Below are positions 27,707 to 36,870 of a DNA stretch of 49,131 nt, in pieces. The notes beneath the pieces were generated by a model. It ran no database searches and had not been told where the DNA came from. It worked only from the letters and a program-made list of their open reading frames with translations. The translations under genes and the position numbers were made by a program. Position 1 is the first letter of the stretch. Each line of letters opens with the position of its first letter. Source of the stretch: a virus (lineage: Duplodnaviria > Caudoviricetes); IMG/VR virus record IMGVR_UViG_3300029775_000339, positions 1 to 49,131 of that record. One strand, given 5' to 3'.

Positions 27707-28993
27707 ATGTCAGAAAAAATGAAGGAATTGTTAGCACAGCTTACCAATTTAGAAACAGAATCTAAAAACCTCATAAATAAACAGGATGCAACAGCTGAGG
27801 AAATCACTGCAAAGCTTTCCGAAATTAAAGCACATAAAGCTAAAATTGAAGCACAAAAAGAAATTGATGCATTAGAGGAAGAAAGACAGAAACAGGCACA
27901 AATACCTGTAAATGAGCCGATATATGCAAAGCCTAAAGACCCTAACGAAAAGAAATGGAAAGGGGGAATGGGAGAATTTCTTCAGGCTGTGGCAACTGCA
28001 TCTTCACCTGGTGGGAGAATGGATAACAGACTTGTATACCAGAATTCAGCCACAGGTTTAAATGAAAGCGTGACTTCTGAAGGTGGTTTTATGCTGGATA
28101 ATGATTTTATACAGGGACTATTTGATGCAATGATGGCAGAAAGTCAGGTGGCAAATAGAATAAGGATGATTCCAATAGGTGCAAATACCAACAGACTAAG
28201 AGCACTTGGCATTGATGAAACCAGCAGGGCTAATGGAAGCAGGTGGGGCGGAGTCCAGGCTTACTGGGTAGCCGAGGCAGAAACTGTTACACAGTCCAAA
28301 CCAAAGTTTAGAGAAATTGATATGGCACTCCAGAAATTACTGGCACTTTGTTATGTTACAGATGACCTGCTCCAGGATGCCACAGCCCTTGAAGCAATAG
28401 TAAAGCAGGCCTACGCAGATGAGATGTCTTTTAAAATTGACGATGCCATAATAAATGGAACTGGTGTTGGAATGCCCCTTGGAATACTAAATTCAGGTGC
28501 ACTTGTTTCGGTGGCAAAAGAATCAGGGCAATCTGCAGGTACTATAAAATATGAAAACATACTTAAAATATGGAGCAGTATGCCCGCAAGGCTCAGGGCA
28601 AATGCCGTGTGGTATATTAATCAGGAAATAGAACCGCAGCTTTATACCATGGCTTTAAATATTGGAACTGGTGGGGCACCTGTATTTTTACCTTCCGGCG
28701 GAGCTTCAGCTTCACAATACAGTACCCTTTTAAACAGGCCAATAATTCCTATAGAGCAGTGCTCTGTATTGGGCAAAAAAGGGGATATCATACTTGCAGA
28801 CCCGACCCAGTATATAGGAATAGATAAAAAAGCACCAACAGCTGATGTATCAATACATGTGAGGTTTCTCTATGATGAACAGGTGTTTAGATTTATTTAT
28901 AAATTCAATGGTGCACCATATAGAAATAAGCCTATTATACCTTATAAAGGAGCTAATACTTTAAGTCCATTTGTGACTTTGGCTGATAGATAG
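27707..28993 (+). CDS. HK97-fold major capsid protein
   Basis: N-terminal coiled coil (delta domain), EGGFM, AYWVAE, INGTGVGMPLGIL and SPFVTLADR. Confidence 0.93.
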   Translation: MSEKMKELLAQLTNLETESKNLINKQDATAEEITAKLSEIKAHKAKIEAQKEIDALEEERQKQAQIPVNEPIYAKPKDPNEKKWKGGMGEFLQAVATASSPGGRMDNRLVYQNSATGLNESVTSEGGFMLDNDFIQGLFDAMMAESQVANRIRMIPIGANTNRLRALGIDETSRANGSRWGGVQAYWVAEAETVTQSKPKFREIDMALQKLLALCYVTDDLLQDATALEAIVKQAYADEMSFKIDDAIINGTGVGMPLGILNSGALVSVAKESGQSAGTIKYENILKIWSSMPARLRANAVWYINQEIEPQLYTMALNIGTGGAPVFLPSGGASASQYSTLLNRPIIPIEQCSVLGKKGDIILADPTQYIGIDKKAPTADVSIHVRFLYDEQVFRFIYKFNGAPYRNKPIIPYKGANTLSPFVTLADR

Positions 28994-29147
28994 AAATTTA
29001 GAAGGGTTATACTATAAACAACTTGAGAGTGTGAATTGATAGTAATTGCTGGTATAATATTTGCAGGTGTTATTAAGATTTTGCAATTTAATGCAGAGTA
29101 AAAGTAGTTATATAATCTTTCAGCTTTATCACAAAGGAGAGCATAGT

Positions 29148-29444
29148 GTGTTAGAAAAAAATAAAAAGAAATGGGAAAAAATTCGAGCAGATGGTTTCAT
29201 CAGATGGTGGATAAATGAAGGAAGTATAAAGTTCTTATTACCTATATTTGCGATTAATGTATTTTTTGTTAATCCGCTGATAATGAATATGGGAATAGCA
29301 TATTTTATTTCAAAGGCTTTTATAAAAAGCATAATTACAAATAGTACAATTCTAATTATATTAAGTTTGTGTAAAGCGATGCTAACATGGCATATTATAG
29401 ATAAGCAGTATAAAAGAGAAACTACTAAGCAAACAGGATTATAA
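29148..29444 (+). CDS. Small two-TM membrane protein (cargo)
   Basis: RBS AAGGAG before GTG 29148; two hydrophobic segments; AT-rich; extended -10 TGGTATAAT at 29050-29058 upstream. Confidence 0.65.
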   Translation: MLEKNKKKWEKIRADGFIRWWINEGSIKFLLPIFAINVFFVNPLIMNMGIAYFISKAFIKSIITNSTILIILSLCKAMLTWHIIDKQYKRETTKQTGL

Positions 29445-29589
29445 TAATTTGAAATATAGATTACTTCTTAATTATAAAGATAATATGAAGAAAAAATAGA
29501 ATTCATTATAATCTTAAAATTGCTGTTGTAAAAAATTTTATAATCTAATATCATTTGAGTTAAGACGAAGATTGAAGGTGATTATAAAT

Positions 29590-30342
29590 TTGGAAGAATT
29601 ATATGATATGATTTTTAAAAGGAAGTCATTTAGAAAATTTAATGATACGTTAATCCTTTCAAAAGAGGAATTGCAAGATATAAATCAGCAAATAAAAAGT
29701 TTAAATCCTCTTATAAAGGATATAGAAATAAAGTGTAAAATTGTTCCAAGGGAAAAAACTACATGTAAACGCGGAGAATATTGCTTGATTATTTACAGCG
29801 AAGAAAAAGAACATTATCTATTAAATATTGGTTATATGTTTGAGCAGTTGGATTTATGTTTAGCATCAAAAAATATAGGTGTATGTTGGTATGGAATGGG
29901 AAAAGTAAATGAACCCCAGTACGAGAATTTTAAATATATAATAATGATGGCTTTAGGAAAGGGGATAGAAAGCGAATTTAGGAAAAACTATAAAAAGAGC
30001 AAACGAAAAGAAACAAGAGATATCTGGAAAGGCGATTTGAGCCTTGAGATAGCTGATTTTGTTAAATATGCTCCAAGTGCTTGCAATACTCAACCATGGA
30101 GAGTTATTTGTGAAAATTATATATTGAAGGTATATCGAACCACAGAAGTTAAATCAATTATGCCGAAAGGAAAAGTGCCTTTTTATAATTCAATAGATAT
30201 GGGTATTTTTCTATATTTTTTAGAGTTAACTTTATCACATAATGGATTTTCCTTTCAAAGAACTCTGAGTCCTGAAAATAATAATTCTAATTTAATATCT
30301 ATAGCAACATATACTTTAGAAAAAAATAAAAATAAACCATAG
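29590..30342 (+). CDS. Nitroreductase-family protein (cargo)
   Basis: IFKRKSFRKF, GVCWYG, APSACNTQPWRV and IDMGI motifs. Confidence 0.85.
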   Translation: MEELYDMIFKRKSFRKFNDTLILSKEELQDINQQIKSLNPLIKDIEIKCKIVPREKTTCKRGEYCLIIYSEEKEHYLLNIGYMFEQLDLCLASKNIGVCWYGMGKVNEPQYENFKYIIMMALGKGIESEFRKNYKKSKRKETRDIWKGDLSLEIADFVKYAPSACNTQPWRVICENYILKVYRTTEVKSIMPKGKVPFYNSIDMGIFLYFLELTLSHNGFSFQRTLSPENNNSNLISIATYTLEKNKNKP

Positions 30343-30410
30343 ACAAATTTTGATTTTTTAACATATAAGATGAGTATAATCTTTAGTTTATGTTTTTTTA
30401 TAAAATGATA

Positions 30411-30439
30411 AAAAGACTTGCTTACCAGTGAGTCTTTTT
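30411..30439 (+). terminator. Intrinsic terminator after cargo genes
   Basis: AAAAGACTTGCT-TACC-AGTGAGTCTTTTT. Confidence 0.7.
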
Positions 30440-30479
30440 GCTATTTATATCAATAAATTTTAAAGGAGGAAAATAAATT

Positions 30480-30956
30480 ATGGCAATAATTGAAAAATAT
30501 AAAGTAATACAGGCATTTGAGCCTAAAACTACAAATGCTGCAATAACAGGTGAGTATGTAACCCTTAAAAATTCTATTACAGCAACTGTTGTTGTAAACT
30601 TAGCCCAGACAGCAGGGCATGAAACACAAATATCTCTGTATCAAGCACAGGATGTGGAGGGAACTGGTGCAAAGCCTTTAGTAAATAATGTTCCAATACT
30701 TGCAAATGAGGATGTTTTAGCAAGTGATAAACTTGTGAGACAATCAGATGGAGTAAGCTTTACTGTATCTAACACTGCAAAAAATAAACAGGTAATATTT
30801 CATATTGACCCGGCTAAACTTGATGTAAATAATGGCTTTTGCTGCTTGAATGTAAGACTTGGTGCAAGTTCCCAGGCTACAAACTTTGCAGGTGGTGAAT
30901 TTATACTGGAGAATAAATACCCTCAGGAAGAGCCACCATCAGCAGTAGTTGATTAA
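30480..30956 (+). CDS. Virion structural protein (possible capsid accessory/decoration)
   Basis: Strong RBS; beta-rich composition; lies between capsid and head-tail connector. Confidence 0.6.
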   Translation: MAIIEKYKVIQAFEPKTTNAAITGEYVTLKNSITATVVVNLAQTAGHETQISLYQAQDVEGTGAKPLVNNVPILANEDVLASDKLVRQSDGVSFTVSNTAKNKQVIFHIDPAKLDVNNGFCCLNVRLGASSQATNFAGGEFILENKYPQEEPPSAVVD

Positions 30957-30970
30957 ATTCAGGTGATTTT

Positions 30971-31543
30971 ATGGCACTAAAAGTTATAGCACCACCTGCA
31001 GCAGAACCTTTAACTTTAGAAGAAACAAAACAGCATTTAAGGATATCAGGCAGTGATGATGATATTATTTTACTCAGTATGATTAAACAGGCCAGGGAGT
31101 TTTGTGAAGATTTTCAAAACAGAAAATACATTACTCAAGGTTTAGAACTAGTGCTGGATTCTTTTCCAGAGTATAATTACATTTCATTTAAAAACTCATC
31201 ACCAGTTCAAAGTGTAGAAAGTATTAAGTACTATGATATAAATGGCCAGGAGTTTACATTTGATTCGGGTAACTATATTGTTGATACAGACAGCTTTGTT
31301 AATAAAATTGTGCTTGGATATTGTAAGTTGTGGCCTACAATATCATTACAGACTGTGAATGCTGTAAGAGTTAGGTTTACTGCAGGCTTTGGAGATAATG
31401 GTGAAAGTGTTCCTGAGACAGTTAAATGGGCAATGGTACTTCACATGAGGCTTCTCTATGATGATTACAAACCGGATGAAAAGAGGAAAATTGAAGAGGC
31501 AAGAAACTCATTACTTGGCATGAATAGGGTGATACCAATATGA
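30971..31543 (+). CDS. Head-tail connector protein
   Basis: PAAEPLTLEETKQHLRI, AREFCE and VRVRFTAGFG. Confidence 0.85.
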   Translation: MALKVIAPPAAEPLTLEETKQHLRISGSDDDIILLSMIKQAREFCEDFQNRKYITQGLELVLDSFPEYNYISFKNSSPVQSVESIKYYDINGQEFTFDSGNYIVDTDSFVNKIVLGYCKLWPTISLQTVNAVRVRFTAGFGDNGESVPETVKWAMVLHMRLLYDDYKPDEKRKIEEARNSLLGMNRVIPI

Positions 31544-31866
31544 GAACAGAGGAACTAAGGCACAAAATAACATTTCAAAAACTTACAACTTCTACAAATG
31601 AAAATGGCTTTGAGGAGGAAATATGGGAAGGTTACTTAACTGTTTGGGCAGGGGTATCCAATCTCTATGGAAGAGAATATTTTGAGGCGACAGCTGTGCA
31701 GGCAGAGAAAACTGTTAAATTTATTATAAGATATTCATCCAGTATATCTACTGATATGAGGATACTATTTGAAGATAAACAGTACAATATAACTTCTATA
31801 GATAATATAAAATACGGAAATAGATATATGGAAATAAAGGCTTTGGAGGTGGAAAGCAGTGGCTGA
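31540..31866 (+). CDS. Head closure / head-tail adaptor protein
   Basis: LRHKITFQ, TVWA, GREYF, FIIRY and MRI...YNITSI. Confidence 0.88.
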   Translation: MRTEELRHKITFQKLTTSTNENGFEEEIWEGYLTVWAGVSNLYGREYFEATAVQAEKTVKFIIRYSSSISTDMRILFEDKQYNITSIDNIKYGNRYMEIKALEVESSG

Positions 31867-32239
31867 TATAGAACTTACAGGTGTGGATGAAATATTAAAT
31901 AAGCTTCAGCAGATGGGTGCAAACATTAGTAGATTAGAAAATAAAGCACTTAGAAATGCCGCAGAACCTGTACTTGAAGATGCAAAGGCAAATGTGCCTG
32001 TAAGAACCGGGAAACTTAAAAAGGGTCTTAAGATAACTAATGTTAAAAAGAAGGAAGGGATAAAGTATATCCTTGTAGGGGTTGATAGGGGAGATAATTC
32101 AGAAATTTTTTATAGCAAGTTTATTGAATTCGGAACTTCCAAAATGTCTGCAAGACCATTTTTGCAGCCAGCCTATGAGAAAAATAAGGATAATATACAA
32201 AAAACTATAGCCAATACTTTGAAGGAGGGACTTAAGTGA
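31859..32239 (+). CDS. HK97 gp10-family tail component
   Basis: PVRTGKLK and FIEFGTSKMSARPFLQPA. Confidence 0.88.
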   Translation: MADIELTGVDEILNKLQQMGANISRLENKALRNAAEPVLEDAKANVPVRTGKLKKGLKITNVKKKEGIKYILVGVDRGDNSEIFYSKFIEFGTSKMSARPFLQPAYEKNKDNIQKTIANTLKEGLK

Positions 32240-32565
32240 TAAATGATTTAATCCTTGGAGCTTTAAGATCCCTTAGGGTTCCAGTTTCATTTCAAAAATA
32301 TAGGGGAAAGGAGAACACCTATATAACTTTTTTCAGCTACTTAGAGCAAGGGGAACAGTATGCGGATAACGAAGAAAAGGAAACAGGATATTATATTCAG
32401 CTAGATGTGTGGAGTAAAAGTGACTATACAGAACTTGTAAAAAATATAACAGATGCCATGAAGGCCGCAGGTTTTAGGAGAACTTCTGCGGCTGATTTAT
32501 TTGAAGAAGATACTAAAATATATCATAAGGCAATAAGATTCTTCATTCATATTGAAGTGAGGTAA
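32236..32565 (+). CDS. Tail terminator / completion protein
   Basis: YITF, IQLDVWSK and MKAAGFRR...YHKAIRF; precedes the major tail gene. Confidence 0.75.
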   Translation: MINDLILGALRSLRVPVSFQKYRGKENTYITFFSYLEQGEQYADNEEKETGYYIQLDVWSKSDYTELVKNITDAMKAAGFRRTSAADLFEEDTKIYHKAIRFFIHIEVR

Positions 32566-32571
32566 TAAACT

Positions 32572-33138
32572 ATGTCAGAAATAGTAAGCAGTGCCCCTAT
32601 AGGGGTAGAAAATTTAGTGTATGCAGTTTTAACAGAGGAAGCTGCGGCAACCTACGGCACACCTGCATTAATTTCACCTGCAATAAATGTAAAGATAAGT
32701 CCAAAGAGTAATTCAGATACACTTTATGCTGATAATAAGGCGGTAGAGACAGTATCAACATTAGGAGAAGTGGAGGTAGAACTTGAAACTCAAGACCTGC
32801 CTTTAGAAGTGCAGGCAGTACTTCTTGGGCACACATTAGATGCGGAAACTAAGGTAATGAGCTATGAAGCTGATGACAATGCCCCTTATGTGGCAGTAGG
32901 ATTTAAAGTAAAAAAGGGTAATGGAAAGTACAGATATGTATGGCTTCTGAAAGGCAAGTTCAGTGAACCGGAAGAAGAACATTCAACCCAGGAAGATAAA
33001 ACCAAATTTCAGACACCAAAACTTAAAGGTACTTTTCTTACAAGGTCAGACGGCAAGTGGAAATATACTGCTGATGAAGACAGCGGCTTCACAGGCGGGG
33101 CTTCTTGGTTTACCAGTGTGTATGCTCCAGCAGCTTAA
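32572..33138 (+). CDS. Major tail (tube) protein
   Basis: IGVENLVYA, LYADN, APYVAVGF, YVWLLKGKF and FQTP motifs. Confidence 0.9.
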   Translation: MSEIVSSAPIGVENLVYAVLTEEAAATYGTPALISPAINVKISPKSNSDTLYADNKAVETVSTLGEVEVELETQDLPLEVQAVLLGHTLDAETKVMSYEADDNAPYVAVGFKVKKGNGKYRYVWLLKGKFSEPEEEHSTQEDKTKFQTPKLKGTFLTRSDGKWKYTADEDSGFTGGASWFTSVYAPAA

Positions 33139-33163
33139 TATCAAAGATTGGAGGGGATGAACT

Positions 33164-33448
33164 GTGGAAATAGTATTGAACGATAAAACCTATGTTATGC
33201 CAGGGGTAAAAACAAGGATACTTAGAAAGGCTATTGAGATAAATGAAAATATAGATTTTAACAATCTAAAGACAAAGGATTTAGACGGCTTAGTGGATTT
33301 TGTAGTAGAACTTTATGGTAATAAATTTACAAGGGATGATTTTTATGATGGCCTTGATGCAGATAAACTTATAGAAACTCTTAATAACAGTATAAATGGG
33401 ATAGTAGGAAACTTGGGAAATAAATTGAATGAATTCCCAAACAAATAA
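33164..33448 (+). CDS. Tail assembly chaperone (gpG-like)
   Basis: Between major tail and tape measure genes; ends at slippery CCCAAAC. Confidence 0.85.
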   Translation: MEIVLNDKTYVMPGVKTRILRKAIEINENIDFNNLKTKDLDGLVDFVVELYGNKFTRDDFYDGLDADKLIETLNNSINGIVGNLGNKLNEFPNK

Positions 33449-33636
33449 GCGGGGGCAGCAGTGAAAAGCTGTCTCCGTCTGACTTTATAAAAGAAATTTA
33501 CTTGGAGCTTTTAGGACAGGGGTGGACATTAAATGATATTGACAGCATGGATATATTTTATTACTTTGATATTCTAATCTACAGGGCTAATAAGGAATAT
33601 AGGAAAAATTTAAATGCCGTTTTAAATATATTGTAG
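33436..33636 (+). CDS. -1 frameshift extension of the tail chaperone (gpGT-like; absent from the ORF track)
   Basis: XXXYYYZ heptamer CCCAAAC (33436-33442); the -1 frame is open to TAG 33634-33636 and reads ...ELLGQGWTLNDIDSMDIFYYF.... Confidence 0.8.
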   Translation, partial: PKQISGGSSEKLSPSDFIKEIYLELLGQGWTLNDIDSMDIFYYFDILIYRANKEYRKNLNAVLNIL

Positions 33637-33650
33637 AGGTGGTGGGAGAG

Positions 33651-36161
33651 TTGGCAGAAGAACTTGGAAGCCTGGCGGTAAAAATAGGACTGGATTCAAG
33701 TGGATTTCAAAATGGTATAAGCAGTATTAACAGGAGTCTTAGAGTACTTGACAGCGAGTTTAAAGCTAATACTGCAGCTCTTGGGGAAAATGGAAAAGGT
33801 ATTGAAGGGCTAAAACTAAAATCAGAAAGCCTTTCAAAACAATTAGAACTCCAAAAGCAGAAGGTAAGTGCCCTTGAGCAAGCTTATACCAAGAGTGCTG
33901 AAATAAAAGGCAAAGACAGTAAAGCCACCCAAGACCTTGAGATAAAACTAAATAAGGCAAAACAAACCCTGTCACAAATGGAAAATGAACTTTCTAAGAC
34001 TAATAAAGAAATAGAGACCCAGGGCAGCAGGTGGACTTCTTTAAGTAAAAGTTTAGATGGCATAGGAAGTAAAATGAAAACAGTAGGTGAGGGGTTTTTA
34101 AATGTGGGAAGCAAGCTTTCACTTGCAGTAACTGCCCCTCTTATTGCCGCAGGAGCTGCAAGTGTAAGCCTTGCCTCAGATACTGCTGAGAGCATGAATA
34201 AAGTTGAAGTTGCATTTGGAAGTGTCAACCAAAAGGTAAAGGACTGGTCAGATACCACTTTGAAAAGCTTTGGTATAGCAAAGGGAACAGCACTTGATAT
34301 GTCGGCACTTTATGGGGATATGGCAACAAGTATGGGTTTAAGTCAGGAAGAAGCTGCAAAAATGTCTATGTCACTTGTGGGTCTTGCAGGTGACCTTTCA
34401 AGTTTTAAGAACATTGATATAAAACAGGCAGAAGAAGCTTTAAACGGCATATTTACAGGAGAGACGGAAAGCTTAAAGATGCTTGGGGTAGTTATGACAG
34501 ATGCAAACCTGCAGCAGTATGCCTATTCTAAGGGTATACAAAAGAGAACCCAGGATATGACAGAAGCTGAAAAAGTACAGCTCAGGTATAACTATGTCAT
34601 GGATAAAACTAAAAATGCCCATGGTGATTTTGAACGTACAGGTGCAGGTGCCGCTAACCAGATGAGGGTATTTCAGGAGAGTTTAAAAGAACTGGGTGCC
34701 ACCATGGGACAGAATATACTCCCTATAATAACTCCTATAATTGCTAAATTAAATGAATGGATACAGGCATTTGGAAAACTGGACCAGGGTTCCCAGAGAA
34801 TAATACTTGTCATAGGTGCATTAATTGCTGTAGTTGGTCCAGTCTTGGTTGCAATTGGAAGTGTAGTAAAAGCTGTAGGTGAAATATCCTCGGCCATTTC
34901 TAAGGTATCAGCTGCCGCAGGTAATTTAGGTGGTATGTCTAAAATACTTGGAATGGTGTTTAACCCTTGGGTAATTGGCATAGGTCTTGCCATAGTTGCA
35001 GGGTATGAAATTTATAAACACTGGGATGTTATCAAGCAGGGGGCTTCTAACCTCTGGAACAATCTTGCGGCTGTTTTTGAAAATATAAAAACCTCTATAG
35101 TTAATGCCTGGGAGAATGTAAAAACTACGACTATAAATACCTGGGAAAACCTAAAAAGCACCGTAGGTAACACCCTAGAAAATATAAAGACAACTATGAC
35201 TGGTGCCTGGGAAAGTGTAAAAACCACGGTAATGAATGTCTGGGAAAACATAAAAGCTGCCATAAATAATGCCCTGGAGGGCATAAAGAGTTTTCTAGAA
35301 CCGGCACTGAATTTTTATAAGACCCTGTTTCAAAATACCTGGACTAAATTAAAGGAGGCAGTATTAAACCTTTGTACCAGTATTAAAGAAGGTGCTGTGG
35401 GTATTTGGGAAGCCATAAAGACTTCTCTTGCAAATATAGGGGAAGCCATAAAGAATGCCGCAATAAATGCCTGGACTAAATTAAAGGAAACTGTAATAAA
35501 CCTCTGTGCAAATATAAAAGAAGGGGTTATAAATCTATGGAATAGTATTTTAACCTGGTTTTCTGAACTACCAGGTAAACTTTATAGTTATGGCTCAAAT
35601 ATGTTTACCAAAATGAAAGAGGGGGTAAGCAGTACTATAGGAAATGTAAAAAGTTCTATAGAAAGTGGTATAAATAATGCATTGAGTTATTTAGCAAGTC
35701 TTCCATCCAAAGCATGGAAATATGGGGCAGATTTTGTTAATGGAATTGTAAATGGAATAAGGTCAGCTGCAGGAAAAGTTACAGATGCAGTAAGTGCACT
35801 AGCAGCTAAGATAAGAAGTTATCTCCATTTTTCTGTTCCAGATGAAGGGCCACTTACTGACTATGAATCCTGGATGCCAGATTTTATGAGTGGTCTTGCT
35901 GAAGGCATAAATAAAAGTAAGTCAGCTGTAATAGAAGCTGTAAGGGGACTGTCACTGGATATGAAAGTAAATACTAAAATGGGAGCTGTGGTAGTAGCAG
36001 ATAACAATACATCAACACAAGGTAGAAATTCAAATAGTAGTAGTGGATTTAATCTGCATATAGAAAACTTTAATAATAACACAGATAAGGATATAGAACA
36101 GTTGGCCTATGAACTGGAGTTTTACAGAAGGAAAATTTCTATGGGAAAGGGAGGAATTTAG
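33651..36161 (+). CDS. Tail tape measure protein
   Basis: LAVKIGLD N-terminus, coiled coil, hydrophobic middle, Trp every 11 residues, C-terminal HFSVPDEGPL. Confidence 0.92.
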   Translation: MAEELGSLAVKIGLDSSGFQNGISSINRSLRVLDSEFKANTAALGENGKGIEGLKLKSESLSKQLELQKQKVSALEQAYTKSAEIKGKDSKATQDLEIKLNKAKQTLSQMENELSKTNKEIETQGSRWTSLSKSLDGIGSKMKTVGEGFLNVGSKLSLAVTAPLIAAGAASVSLASDTAESMNKVEVAFGSVNQKVKDWSDTTLKSFGIAKGTALDMSALYGDMATSMGLSQEEAAKMSMSLVGLAGDLSSFKNIDIKQAEEALNGIFTGETESLKMLGVVMTDANLQQYAYSKGIQKRTQDMTEAEKVQLRYNYVMDKTKNAHGDFERTGAGAANQMRVFQESLKELGATMGQNILPIITPIIAKLNEWIQAFGKLDQGSQRIILVIGALIAVVGPVLVAIGSVVKAVGEISSAISKVSAAAGNLGGMSKILGMVFNPWVIGIGLAIVAGYEIYKHWDVIKQGASNLWNNLAAVFENIKTSIVNAWENVKTTTINTWENLKSTVGNTLENIKTTMTGAWESVKTTVMNVWENIKAAINNALEGIKSFLEPALNFYKTLFQNTWTKLKEAVLNLCTSIKEGAVGIWEAIKTSLANIGEAIKNAAINAWTKLKETVINLCANIKEGVINLWNSILTWFSELPGKLYSYGSNMFTKMKEGVSSTIGNVKSSIESGINNALSYLASLPSKAWKYGADFVNGIVNGIRSAAGKVTDAVSALAAKIRSYLHFSVPDEGPLTDYESWMPDFMSGLAEGINKSKSAVIEAVRGLSLDMKVNTKMGAVVVADNNTSTQGRNSNSSSGFNLHIENFNNNTDKDIEQLAYELEFYRRKISMGKGGI

Positions 36162-36162
36162 A

Positions 36163-36870
36163 GTGCTTAGCTTTAATTTTGGCGGTAGAAACAGTTGTGA
36201 TGATTTTGGAATTTTAATAGCTAAAAGGCCAGACCTTCCTTCTCCTAAACGTAGGGTGAGTACCATAAATATCCCGGGAAGGGATTCTAATTTAAGGTTT
36301 GATGAAAAAACCTATGAGGATATAACACTAAGCCTTGAATGTTCTGTAAAAGATACACAAAACCTTACAAGCAAGCTTGATGATATTAAAGCATGGCTCT
36401 TTGGGACAGGTGAAAGTGATTTGATATTCAGCTTTCAAGCAGATAAAAAATATATTGCCCAGGTGGTAAATGCCATTGATTTTAAACAGGTTTACAGGTA
36501 TTTTAGCCAGTTCCCCATAATATTTAACTGCAGACCTTTTAAGTATGCAGTGGAAAATAATATAGTGACCATAAATACTTCAGGTACAGCTTTAACTAAT
36601 CCGGGGACTATTGAAAGTGAACCTGTAATAAGTATTTACGGCTCTGGTGATATAGCCTTTAAAATAAATGAAGGGCAAATAACTCTTGCGGATATAACTG
36701 AAAAGGTCATAGTAAACTCAGTTATACAGGACTGCTATGATGATGGGGGAAATAATTTAAATGGCAATATGACAGGTGAATTTTTAAAAATGAAGCCTGG
36801 TGAAAATGTTATGGAATGGAGTGGTGGTGTTACTAAAGTAGAGCTTTTACCAAACTGGCGGTGGCTGTGA
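36163..36870 (+). CDS. Distal tail protein (Dit)
   Basis: Follows TMP; IPGRD, FNCRPFKY, NPGT..SEP.I and PNWRWL. Confidence 0.85.
   Translation: MLSFNFGGRNSCDDFGILIAKRPDLPSPKRRVSTINIPGRDSNLRFDEKTYEDITLSLECSVKDTQNLTSKLDDIKAWLFGTGESDLIFSFQADKKYIAQVVNAIDFKQVYRYFSQFPIIFNCRPFKYAVENNIVTINTSGTALTNPGTIESEPVISIYGSGDIAFKINEGQITLADITEKVIVNSVIQDCYDDGGNNLNGNMTGEFLKMKPGENVMEWSGGVTKVELLPNWRWL

Noticed and set aside
35040-35560. Repeats inside the tape measure gene (e.g. ~35334 vs ~35466)
   Set aside because: Ordinary 11-residue Trp periodicity of TMPs; not a DGR template/variable pair, and no reverse transcriptase is present.
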